DNA of 64,000 nucleotides from Gemmatimonadota bacterium (GTDB taxonomy: Bacteria; Gemmatimonadota; Gemmatimonadetes; Gemmatimonadales; GWC2-71-9): assembly GCA_024641745.1 (NCBI GenBank), contig JAHECL010000001.1:29846-93845 (forward strand), read 5' to 3'. Under the pieces are notes generated by a model. That model ran no database searches. It was not told the DNA's origin and saw only the letters and a program-made list of their open reading frames with translations. Within the stretch, counting starts at the first letter, position 1, and every line of letters begins with the position of its first letter. This document shows positions 43,106 to 51,554 of this stretch, in pieces. The translations under genes and the position numbers were made by a program.

Positions 43106-44499
43106 CGCGCCGCCGTTCATCCCCGCGCACCCTCTGGTCCCCCTCCGACGACCCCGACCGCCTGATGCTCGATTACACGGTGGGGGAGGATCGGCTGTGG
43201 GACATGCGGCTCCTCGCCTGGGACGTCTACGGGAGCCTTGGACACGCAGAGGGTTTGCGTGCGTCGGGCCTTCTGAGCGCCAGCGCCCATGCCAGGTTGC
43301 GTGCGGCGCTCCGGCGGGCGCTCCGTGAGGTGGAGGAGGGCGTGCTCGTGGTGGACCTCGTGCACGAGGACGCGCACAGCGCGGTCGAGGACTGGATCAC
43401 CCAGCGGCACGGCGTCGACGGGGAGCGGCTGCACACCGGCCGCTCCCGCAACGATCAGGTCGCCTGTGACATCCGGCTCTACCTGAAGCAGCAGCTGCTC
43501 GACCTCCACGAACTGGGCGCCGACGTGGCGGACGCCTTGCTGGCGTTTGCCCGGCAGCATCGCGACGTGCTCTGGCCCGGGTACACCCACACCAGGCGCG
43601 CGATGCCATCCTCGGTGGGACTCTGGGCCGCAGCCTATGCCGAAGGGCTGCTGGATACCCTCGAATCGCTCCCGGCGCTGTGGACCCGGGTGGACCGTTC
43701 GCCGCTGGGCAGCGCCGCGGGATATGGCGTCCCCCTCCCGCTCGATCGCGAGGCGACGGCGCGTGCCCTCGGCTTCGCGGCCGTCGAGCACAACGTGGCC
43801 GCGGTCCAGCTCGGCCGGGGCAAGCTGGAGGCGGCGGTCCTCGCCTGGTGCGGGGAGCTCGGACACGACCTGGCGCGGCTCAGCGCCGACGTCATCCTCT
43901 TCAGCGCCGCGGAGTATGGCTACCTGCACCTTCCGGCCAGGCTGGCGACCGGGTCCAGCATCATGCCGCACAAGCGGAATCCCGATCTCTTCGAACTCAC
44001 CCGCGCGCGGGCGGCCTCGGTCCACGGCGATCATGCCGCCGTGGTCCAGGTCGCGTCGCGCCTGACCGGAGGCTATCACCGCGATTTTCAGCTGGTGAAG
44101 GAACCGCTCTTCCGCGGGGTGCAGCGCACCCGCGAGATGCTCTCGATGCTCGCCGTGGCCATCCCGACGCTGGGCGTCGACGCGGCGCGGTGTGCCTCGG
44201 CCCTGACCGGCGACGCGCTGGCCACCGATGAGGTGATGCACCGGGTCGAGGCGGGGGTGCCGTTCCGGCGCGCCTACCGCGATGTGGCGGCGGAGTTCAA
44301 GGCGGGCGCCCGGTTCCCCGCGCCGAGCCGGCGCGACATGCTGGCGCGGCGGCGCTCCACCGGCGGCCTCGGCAACCTCGGGCTGCCGGCGGTCCGGGCG
44401 CGGGTTCGGGTGCGGCGCACCTGGGGCAGGGGGGAGCGGAGGCGCTTCGAGAGCGCCCTCCGTCGGCTGGCGGGCGGCGGACCGGGGCCGAAACTGTGA
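43102..44499 (+). CDS. argH: Argininosuccinate lyase
   Basis: The ATG at 43102 overlaps the argE stop (ATGA). HTGRSRNDQV, PGYTHTRRAMP and the signature GSSIMPHKRNPD. Confidence 0.9.
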   Translation: MTRRRSSPRTLWSPSDDPDRLMLDYTVGEDRLWDMRLLAWDVYGSLGHAEGLRASGLLSASAHARLRAALRRALREVEEGVLVVDLVHEDAHSAVEDWITQRHGVDGERLHTGRSRNDQVACDIRLYLKQQLLDLHELGADVADALLAFARQHRDVLWPGYTHTRRAMPSSVGLWAAAYAEGLLDTLESLPALWTRVDRSPLGSAAGYGVPLPLDREATARALGFAAVEHNVAAVQLGRGKLEAAVLAWCGELGHDLARLSADVILFSAAEYGYLHLPARLATGSSIMPHKRNPDLFELTRARAASVHGDHAAVVQVASRLTGGYHRDFQLVKEPLFRGVQRTREMLSMLAVAIPTLGVDAARCASALTGDALATDEVMHRVEAGVPFRRAYRDVAAEFKAGARFPAPSRRDMLARRRSTGGLGNLGLPAVRARVRVRRTWGRGERRRFESALRRLAGGGPGPKL

Positions 44500-44948
44500 G
44501 CGGCGACCGGCGGAAGCGCCACCAGAAGATCCTCGAGCTCATCGGCACGCGGGAGCTGCGCACCCAGGAGGAGGTCGCTGCGGCGCTGGCGGAGGAGGGA
44601 TGGTCGGTGACGCAGTCGTCGGTGAGTCGCGACATCGCCGCGCTCCGGCTGGTCAAGGTGGACGGGACCTATCGTCGTCCCGTCCTGGTGGCCCGGCCGA
44701 CAGACGATCCCGACCTCCACCGCATCGCCGCCGCCCTCATCGGCGTCGAGACGGCGGGCGACGCCCTCCTCGTGCTGCACACCCCGCCCGGTGAGGCGAG
44801 CCCCGTGGGGGCCGCGCTCGACCGTCTCGCCTGGGCCGGCGTGGTCGGGACCATCGCAGGGGACGATACGATTTTCGTGGCCGTGCGTGATGCGGCGGCA
44901 CAGCGCGCCGTGCTCCGTGAACTCCGGAAGGTCACCGCACTCCGCTGA
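44496..44948 (+). CDS. argR: Arginine repressor
   Basis: The GTG start overlaps the argH stop. Winged-helix ILELIGTRELRTQEEVAAAL...TQSSVSRDI and the C-terminal oligomerisation/arginine-binding GTIAGDDTIFV. Confidence 0.85.
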   Translation: MSGDRRKRHQKILELIGTRELRTQEEVAAALAEEGWSVTQSSVSRDIAALRLVKVDGTYRRPVLVARPTDDPDLHRIAAALIGVETAGDALLVLHTPPGEASPVGAALDRLAWAGVVGTIAGDDTIFVAVRDAAAQRAVLRELRKVTALR

Positions 44949-44977
44949 CCCCCTTCGTCTCCACCTTCGAGGACCGC

Positions 44978-45343
44978 ATGGCGCGCACGACCTTCATTGA
45001 GCACAAGGGTGTCAGGATCGCCTTCCTGGATTTCGCCCATGTCGAGGCGCCGCCGGAGGCCCTGGCGGCCATCGAGGAAGCCGCTCGCCTCGTGCAGGCC
45101 GAGCCCTTTCGCAGCGTGCGCACGCTGACCCACGTGACCGGGAGCCGGTTCAACGGTGAGGTGCTGGAGGCGATCAAGCGGCTGGCCGTGAACAACCGCC
45201 CCCACGTGATCGCGGGGGCGGTGGTCGGGCTGTCCGGCCTGCAGAAGGTGGTCTACACCACGGTGATGCGCTTTGCAAAGCGAAGCATCCCGGCCTTCGA
45301 CAACCTCGACGCAGCCAAGGACTGGCTCGTCGCGCAGTCCTGA
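44978..45343 (+). CDS. Hypothetical protein (possible STAS/SpoIIAA-like fold)
   Basis: 121 aa ORF with coding-like composition, 30 nt after argR. The fold assignment is only an impression. Confidence 0.45.
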   Translation: MARTTFIEHKGVRIAFLDFAHVEAPPEALAAIEEAARLVQAEPFRSVRTLTHVTGSRFNGEVLEAIKRLAVNNRPHVIAGAVVGLSGLQKVVYTTVMRFAKRSIPAFDNLDAAKDWLVAQS

Positions 45344-45364
45344 GGTCTCGCCGCGTCGGGCCGG

Positions 45365-46372
45365 TCAGCGGATCACCGGCGCTCCGTAGCGGACGGCGGT
45401 GATCTCCGCGAGGATCGCGAGCGCGGTCTCTGCCGGCGACCGTCCACCGAGCGCGAGGCCGATCGGTCCATGCAGGCGGTCGAGCTCGGCCTCCGCCAGG
45501 CCGGCCGTGCGCAGTCGTTCGCGCCGGGCCACCTGGGTCTTCCTCGATCCGATCGCCCCCACATACATCGCCGGTGACCGCAGGGCGATCATCAGCGCTG
45601 GATCATCGAACTTCGGGTCGTGGGTCAGGACCGCGACGGCGGTGGCGGAGTCGATCCCGGCCTTCGCCAGCGCCTCGTCCGGCCACCCCAGGATCAGCTC
45701 GTCGGCGAGGGGAAAGCGGTCGGGCGTCAGGAAGGCCGGGCGCCCGTCGGCGATGATGGTGCGGTAGCCGAGCGCCCGGGCCAGGGGAACCAGCTCGGCG
45801 GCGACGTGGACCCCGCCGAAGACCACGAGCCGCGGTGGTCGGGGAAAGACCTCCAGCAGCACCGCGGTGTCGGCGCCGTCGACCTGCAGGCGGGCGGTGC
45901 GGGACAGCCCGGACCGGAGGGCATCCATCGCGGCGTGCGCGGCCACCGACTCGTCCGTCGTGGTGGCATCGTCGAAGGTCGTAGTGCGACCGATCGCCGG
46001 ACCCTCGAGGACCGTCAGCACCACGGTCCCGCCCGGTCCGCGCGCCGCCTCCAGCACCGCGTCAGGCACCGACGGCTCCACCAGCACCTCCAGTGTCCCG
46101 CCGCACGCCAGGCCCACCTCCCAGGCACGCGCGTCGGAGATCCCGTACCGGACCAGCGCGGGCGTCCCGCGGGCCATCGCCGCCCGGACCTCCTCGGCCA
46201 CGGCGACCTCGACGCACCCTCCCGAGACCGACCCCGCCATGCCGCCCTGCGGCGTGACCAGCATGACCGCCCCCGCCGCCTGGGGCGCGGAGCCCCAGAC
46301 GGCGGCGACGACCGCCCGGCCCACCGGTCCCGCCTCCCGCAGGCGGGCGTAGTCGGCGAGGAGTGGCCGCAT
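45365..46372 (-). CDS. xdhC: XdhC/CoxI-family molybdoenzyme maturation protein
   Basis: N-terminal XdhC_CoxI pattern (VWGSAPQAAGAVMLV...GSVSGGCVE) and a C-terminal Rossmann-like domain (LVVFGGVHVA...). Confidence 0.85.
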   Translation of the reverse strand: MRPLLADYARLREAGPVGRAVVAAVWGSAPQAAGAVMLVTPQGGMAGSVSGGCVEVAVAEEVRAAMARGTPALVRYGISDARAWEVGLACGGTLEVLVEPSVPDAVLEAARGPGGTVVLTVLEGPAIGRTTTFDDATTTDESVAAHAAMDALRSGLSRTARLQVDGADTAVLLEVFPRPPRLVVFGGVHVAAELVPLARALGYRTIIADGRPAFLTPDRFPLADELILGWPDEALAKAGIDSATAVAVLTHDPKFDDPALMIALRSPAMYVGAIGSRKTQVARRERLRTAGLAEAELDRLHGPIGLALGGRSPAETALAILAEITAVRYGAPVIR

Positions 46373-46379
46373 CAGCGCG

Positions 46380-47921
46380 CTAGCGGTTCCGGCCGTACTG
46401 CTCGTGGCTGGACACCCAGTCGGAGGAGGAGATCGCGGACGCCAGCGAGATTTCGCCGGCCAGGACCACCCCGGCGATGATCTCCGCCAGCTTGTTGACC
46501 TTGTTCTTTCCGCGGCAGCCCAGGATGTCGAGCGATTCGCCCTGGGTGGGCAGCCCGGTCCCGCCGCCGTGGGTCGCGATGATCAGTGACGGGATGGTGA
46601 TGGAGAGGTACATGTCGCGGGACTTGGTGAGTTCGGCGTAGAGGATCGCCGCGGACGACTCGGCCACGTTCGCCACGTCCTGGCCGGTGGCGATGAAGAG
46701 CGCCGTGATCCCGTTGGCCGAATGGGCCCCGTTGTTGTTGGCCCCGCTGATGAAGGCCCCGACGTTGGCGACGCCGTGGTGGTAGACCAGGCTCTCCGGC
46801 TCGACCCGCATCTGCTGGATGAGGACATCGCGCGGCACCGTCACCTCGGCCGTCACCCGCTTGCCGCGGGTCCGCATGACGTTGATCTGGGACGCCTTCT
46901 TGTCGGTCGCGAAGTTCGACTCGAGGTAGAAGTGGGCGATCCCGGCGTAGTTGTCGAGGATCCAGCTGCAGGCCGCGAAGGTGGCCCGCCCGACCATGTT
47001 CTGCCCGGCGGCGTCCCCGGTGCTGTAGTTGAAGCGGAGGAAGACGAACTTGTTGGACTGGTACGGATCGACATACTGCAGCCTGGCGACGCTGGAGGTC
47101 GCCTCCGCCTCCTCGCGGATCTTCGGCATCTGCTCGCTCACCCATTTCACGAACTCCCGCCCCGACCGCGCGTCTTCGAAGACGAACACCGGGGCGCGCT
47201 GCATCGCGTCGCCCACGACCGTGCAGCGGGCGCCGCCGGACAGGTTGATGACCTTGATGCCCCGGTTGTAGGACGCGACGAGGGTCCCCTCCGAGGTGGC
47301 CATCGGGACCAGGAAGTCGCCCTTCGCGTGCTCGCCGTTGATCGTGATCGGCCCGGCGATGCCCATCGGCACCTGGGCCGCGCCGATGAAGTGCTCGCAG
47401 TTGCCCTTGGTGAGGTGGGGGTCGAAGGAGTGCTTGCCGATGTGCAGGATCTTGGCGCCGGTCTCCTTCTCGATGAACTCCTGCCGCATCCGGATCGCGG
47501 CCTCGGAATAGTCGTCCTCGGCGTCCCGGGGGATGCGCACCAGGGTGTGGGTCCCCTCCTGGATGGAATCTTCCACGTCGAAGCTCAGCTTGCCGAAGCT
47601 CTTGGTCTTGACCGACAGGGCGATGGTGTGCTTGCCGGGGCCGACCGGGGGGTGCCTGGCGACGAGGGAGAAGACGGTGCCGACGGGGAAGTCGATGGCG
47701 CTTCCCCCGGCAACGGCGTCCGCCGTGACGATCCTCCCTCCGGGCAGGTGGATCGCCACCTGCTCGAGCGGCATCGACGTGCCGTCGATGCTGACCGAGA
47801 GCACCGCCGTGATGTCGACGCTGCTGAGGCGGTTCTTGATGCTGAACCGGACGCCCTGCTCCACGTTCGTCAGGCTGCCCAGGGTGTAGAGCTTCTTGAG
47901 GAGGAGGGTGGGGATGAACAT
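46380..47921 (-). CDS. Class I hydroxymethylglutaryl-CoA reductase with a novel ~130 aa soluble N-terminal domain
   Basis: Catalytic-core motifs align with class I HMGR: TSEGTLVASYNRG (Glu), GDAAGQNMV, TDKKAS (Lys), ATGQDVANV (Asp), HGGGTGLPTQ and SSHEQY (His). Start preferred at the ATG at 47921 (GGAG upstream); the track uses the GTG at 47966. Confidence 0.8.
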   Translation of the reverse strand: MFIPTLLLKKLYTLGSLTNVEQGVRFSIKNRLSSVDITAVLSVSIDGTSMPLEQVAIHLPGGRIVTADAVAGGSAIDFPVGTVFSLVARHPPVGPGKHTIALSVKTKSFGKLSFDVEDSIQEGTHTLVRIPRDAEDDYSEAAIRMRQEFIEKETGAKILHIGKHSFDPHLTKGNCEHFIGAAQVPMGIAGPITINGEHAKGDFLVPMATSEGTLVASYNRGIKVINLSGGARCTVVGDAMQRAPVFVFEDARSGREFVKWVSEQMPKIREEAEATSSVARLQYVDPYQSNKFVFLRFNYSTGDAAGQNMVGRATFAACSWILDNYAGIAHFYLESNFATDKKASQINVMRTRGKRVTAEVTVPRDVLIQQMRVEPESLVYHHGVANVGAFISGANNNGAHSANGITALFIATGQDVANVAESSAAILYAELTKSRDMYLSITIPSLIIATHGGGTGLPTQGESLDILGCRGKNKVNKLAEIIAGVVLAGEISLASAISSSDWVSSHEQYGRNR

Positions 47922-48045
47922 GCGGACGGATCTCCGGGGTCGGGGCGGGCTGGGGTCGGCGGACACCTTGTATCTATCACGGATGCAACGACTTCGCCAG
48001 CAGCCCGGCCGGACAGGCTCCGGGCGTCGCCGGGGGGCCGCGACC

Positions 48046-48102
48046 CCGGATTACCGCAATGCGGCAATCCGGGGTTGACATTTTGCCGCAGTGCGGTATA
48101 TT
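48046..48102. promoter_or_regulatory. Divergent regulatory region: two CCGC-N3-GCGG palindromes around a sigma70-like promoter for phaR
   Basis: A 27-bp near-perfect palindrome at 48046-48072 (CCGGATTaCCGCAaTGCGGcAATCCGG, 12 of 13 pairs). TTGACA at 48075-48080. A second palindrome CCGCAGTGCGG at 48086-48096 fills the 16-nt spacer. TATATT at 48097-48102. Confidence 0.5.
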
Positions 48103-48128
48103 CCGGGCAGTTCTGAGGAGGACACATC

Positions 48129-48605
48129 GTGCGACTGGTCAAGCGGTACGGCGGCGGAAGCCGAAAACTCTACGACACCGAGGAGAGCCGGTACGTCTCG
48201 CTCGACGAGGTGGCGGTCTGGGTCCGGGAAGGCCAGGAGGTGCAGGTGCTGGAGAGCGGGACCGGGGAGGACGTCACGCGGCAGGTGCTCGCGCAGATCA
48301 TCCTCGAGGGCGAGAAGCAGGGCCGGTCCCTGCTGTCCGTTGACCTCTTTCACGACGTCATCCGGCGCGGGGAATCCGCGCTGCAGGCCCGGGTGGAGCA
48401 GTTGCAGGAAGGGGTGGACCGGCTGATGAAGGCCTCCGTGGACCACCTCCCGCCGGTCCGGGACGCGCGCGACGAAATGGAGGCCCTGCGGGAGGGGATT
48501 GCCAGCCTGGAGGCGGCATTGCAGGACCTCGAAGCGCCGCGGCCCGCGTCCGGCGGGCGCAGGAAGAAGGGGACAACGACCCGGCGTCGCCGGGCTGAGG
48601 GATAG
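48129..48605 (+). CDS. phaR: Polyhydroxyalkanoate synthesis repressor PhaR
   Basis: GTG start with GAGGAGG upstream. N-terminal VKRYGGGSRKLYDTEESRYVSLDEV matches the PhaR DNA-binding motif (IKKYxNRRLYDTxxSxYVTLxDL). A coiled-coil and a basic tail follow. Confidence 0.8.
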   Translation: MRLVKRYGGGSRKLYDTEESRYVSLDEVAVWVREGQEVQVLESGTGEDVTRQVLAQIILEGEKQGRSLLSVDLFHDVIRRGESALQARVEQLQEGVDRLMKASVDHLPPVRDARDEMEALREGIASLEAALQDLEAPRPASGGRRKKGTTTRRRRAEG

Positions 48606-48668
48606 ACGGCAGGCAGTCGTATCGACAAACCCACGGACCGCACCGCGGTCTGACACCAGGAGGACGTT

Positions 48669-49097
48669 ATGGCACGCACCAATCGCAACAGCACCGCCCT
48701 GATGGTCAAGGACAATGCACAGCACATCTGGCTCGCCGGACTCGGCGCGCTGGCCACGGCCGGTGAGGAAGGCAACCGGGTCTTCGAGGATCTGGTCGAG
48801 AAGGGCGCCAAGCTCGAGAAGACCGGTCGGGCCCGCCTGGAGAAGGTGTTGAACAAGGCCCAGGGACGCGCCCGCAGCCTGCGCGGCGACGCGGAAGGCG
48901 CCATCGGCCGCGTGTCCGCCCCGATCGACGCCGGTGTCGCGACCGCGCTCAACAAGCTCGGCATCCCGACCCGGAAGGAAATCCTGGCCCTCACCCGTCG
49001 TGTCGAGGAGCTGACCCGCACGGTGCAGTCCGCCAAGAAGAAGGCGCCGGCCCGGAAGCGCGCCGCCAAGAAGGCGGCCCGTCCGGCGGCCAGGTAA
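48669..49097 (+). CDS. Phasin / PHA granule-associated protein with a Lys/Ala-rich histone-like tail
   Basis: VKDNAQHIWLAGLGALATAGEEGNRVFEDLVEKG ... LGIPTRKEILALTRRVEEL matches the TIGR01837-type granule-associated protein pattern. C-terminal KKKAPARKRAAKKAARPAAR. Confidence 0.8.
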   Translation: MARTNRNSTALMVKDNAQHIWLAGLGALATAGEEGNRVFEDLVEKGAKLEKTGRARLEKVLNKAQGRARSLRGDAEGAIGRVSAPIDAGVATALNKLGIPTRKEILALTRRVEELTRTVQSAKKKAPARKRAAKKAARPAAR

Positions 49098-49108
49098 GGA
49101 CGCGCGCC

Positions 49109-50374
49109 ATGCCCGCCAAGGCAGGGCGCGGCAGGAAACGCCCCCGGATCGGCCTCGCGCTGGCCGGGGGCGGCCCGGAGGGCGCGGTCTACGAGATCGG
49201 CGCCCTCCGCGCGCTGGATGAGGCGCTCGACGGCCTCGATCTGCACCAGCTGGACATCTATGTCGGGGTCAGCGCCGGGGCGTTCATCGCCGCGTCGCTG
49301 GCCAACGACCTGACCACGGCGCAGATGGTGCGCGCCCTGGTCAAGCACGAGGCGGGCGAGCACCCCTTCGTGCCCCAGACGTTCTTCACCCCGAATTATC
49401 GTGAGTGGGCCAAGCGGAGCCTGATGCTGCCCCGGCTCTTTGCCGACGCCATGCTGGAGTTCCGGCGGGGTCCCGAGGAGCAGACCCTCTTCGAGTCGCT
49501 CACCAAGATCTCGCGGGCGCTGCCGGTCGGCCTCTTCGACAACGAGCCGATCCGGCGGTATCTGCAGCGCACCTTCAGCATCAAGGGGCGGAGCGACGAT
49601 TTCCGGAAGCTGCGCCAGCGGCTGATCGTCGTCGCCACCGACCTGGAGAGCGGCCGCCCGATTCTTTTCGGCTCCAGCGGCTGGGACCACGTCCCGATCT
49701 CCACCGCGGTCCAGGCGAGCACCGCCGTGCCGGGATTCTACCCGCCGGTCGCGGTGGAGGGCCGGAACTGCGTAGACGGCATCCTCCTGAAGACGCTGCA
49801 CGCGTCGGTGGCGCTCAAGGACGGCGTCGACCTGCTCCTGTGCGTGAATCCGCTGGTGCCCGCCGACCTGCGGGAAGCGGTGGACGCGGGGCACCTCAAG
49901 GAGGGGGCGCTCATCAAGAAGGGACTCGCCACCGTGCTCAGCCAGACGGTGCGGACCCTCATCAACTCGCGCCTCGAGGTGGGGATGGCGGCGTACCAGA
50001 CCCGCTTCCCCGACTCCGAGGTGCTGCTCTTCCAGCCGGAACGGAACGAGTTTGACCTCTTCTTCAGCAACATCTTCAGCTTCCGGTCCCGTCGGCGGGT
50101 GTGCGAGCTGGCCTATGACGCCACGCGCCGGAACCTGCGCGCACGGCGCAAGACCCTCGCCCCGATGTTGAAGCCGTACGGGATCACCCTGCGGGAGGAT
50201 GTGCTCGACGAGCCGCGGGATCTCTGGAGGAGCGTGGGATTGGATCAGTTCAGCGAGCGGGATCCCGTGACCAGCCAGTTCTCGACGGCGCTCGATGACC
50301 TCGAGGTGGCGGTGACGAGCGAGATGCCGATCCCGCCGGCGTCAGGCGGGCGGGCGCGGGGGACGGGGCGGTAG
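49109..50374 (+). CDS. Patatin-like phospholipase
   Basis: Oxyanion GLALAGGGPEG, nucleophile elbow GVSAG, and the catalytic Asp region CVDGIL. Confidence 0.85.
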   Translation: MPAKAGRGRKRPRIGLALAGGGPEGAVYEIGALRALDEALDGLDLHQLDIYVGVSAGAFIAASLANDLTTAQMVRALVKHEAGEHPFVPQTFFTPNYREWAKRSLMLPRLFADAMLEFRRGPEEQTLFESLTKISRALPVGLFDNEPIRRYLQRTFSIKGRSDDFRKLRQRLIVVATDLESGRPILFGSSGWDHVPISTAVQASTAVPGFYPPVAVEGRNCVDGILLKTLHASVALKDGVDLLLCVNPLVPADLREAVDAGHLKEGALIKKGLATVLSQTVRTLINSRLEVGMAAYQTRFPDSEVLLFQPERNEFDLFFSNIFSFRSRRRVCELAYDATRRNLRARRKTLAPMLKPYGITLREDVLDEPRDLWRSVGLDQFSERDPVTSQFSTALDDLEVAVTSEMPIPPASGGRARGTGR

Positions 50375-51550
50375 CGGGCGGTCGGACAGCCGCCACATGA
50401 AGGCGCCCTGCCGTTGCGCCCGCTCCGCTTTCGAGACGCCGCGGTAGCCGCAGGGCGGTCGCCGGAACATCCGCGCCAGCGTCAGCAGCGGCCACCCGAA
50501 CGGCAGGTAGAACCCGATCAGGTCCCAGTCCCGGAGGATCCGGTGCAGGGCGTTCCGGGCAGGCGGTCGACCGGTGTCCCGCGCCCGGCGCACGAATGAA
50601 ATCGGCCATCCCGTCGGCAGCACCCACCGCAGCTTGCCCCACCCCGCCTTCAGCGCCTCCCAGAGATGCCCCGCATCGTACGGGCGCCTGCCGTGTGTGC
50701 TGACCAGGTCGTCGAGCTGGACCTGCATCTCCTGCCGGACACGTTCCGCCGTGCGCTGGAGGGTGGGGCGGTCCGGTTCTGCGAGGTTGGTGAGGCCCGC
50801 CTGGGTCAGGTACGCCCCGACGTCGATCGGCTCCCCCAGCACGAAGATCGTCCGGGCCGGGAAGGCGAGGTACCAGATCCACGGGAAGATGATGGCCAGG
50901 ATGCCCGCAGGGAGCGGGAGGAACGGCACCCCGAAGAACCGCTGCATCAGCCGGTCGAGCGGCGGGAACACATATCCGAAGGGATTGATCCACTCTGCGT
51001 TGATCATGTAGACCGGGACCACCGGCGTCCGGTGGCGCGCGCAGAGCAGGACGAAGCTGGTGCTGAAGCGCTGCAGCTGATACCGGCGGTTGAACCCCTT
51101 CCCGATGCCCGGCACGCCTTCCGGGAAGTACAGGATCCGGTCGCCGCGGGCGAGCAGGCGGTCGAAGTTGTCGAACAGCATGTCCACACCGCCGCCCCGG
51201 CGCCAGAAATCGTCCAGCCCGAACGGCCGCATCCACCAGGTATACGAGAGTTCCTTCTCGTAGACCGCGCGCAGCTTCCGCGCCGGGTCATAGCCGTCCT
51301 GCCGCCAGAGGGCGGCGTCCAGAATGATCGCGTCATACGGGAAGGCGTTGCCGCTGTGGTTGGCGGCCAGGACGACCGGGCCATCGTCCGGGAGGTTGTC
51401 GCGGCCGAAGATGACCGGCCGGAAGTAGTGGTCCAGCATGGGGCCGAGCACGTCGTCCATCATCATCCGGCTGAACGCGGGGTCGAACGGCTCCCAGCTC
51501 TCGGGAGGTTCCACCGGCGGATCAGCGGGACGGGGGACGTGCCGGCTCAC
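50342..51550 (-). CDS. LPLAT/PlsC-superfamily acyltransferase (atypical motif I)
   Basis: VLAANHSGNAFPYDA and YFPEGVPGIGKGF correspond to acyltransferase blocks I and III. The canonical HX4D spacing is not kept. Hydrophobic C-terminal half. Confidence 0.7.
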   Translation of the reverse strand: MSRHVPRPADPPVEPPESWEPFDPAFSRMMMDDVLGPMLDHYFRPVIFGRDNLPDDGPVVLAANHSGNAFPYDAIILDAALWRQDGYDPARKLRAVYEKELSYTWWMRPFGLDDFWRRGGGVDMLFDNFDRLLARGDRILYFPEGVPGIGKGFNRRYQLQRFSTSFVLLCARHRTPVVPVYMINAEWINPFGYVFPPLDRLMQRFFGVPFLPLPAGILAIIFPWIWYLAFPARTIFVLGEPIDVGAYLTQAGLTNLAEPDRPTLQRTAERVRQEMQVQLDDLVSTHGRRPYDAGHLWEALKAGWGKLRWVLPTGWPISFVRRARDTGRPPARNALHRILRDWDLIGFYLPFGWPLLTLARMFRRPPCGYRGVSKAERAQRQGAFMWRLSDRPLPPRPPRPPA

Positions 51551-51554
51551 AGGA

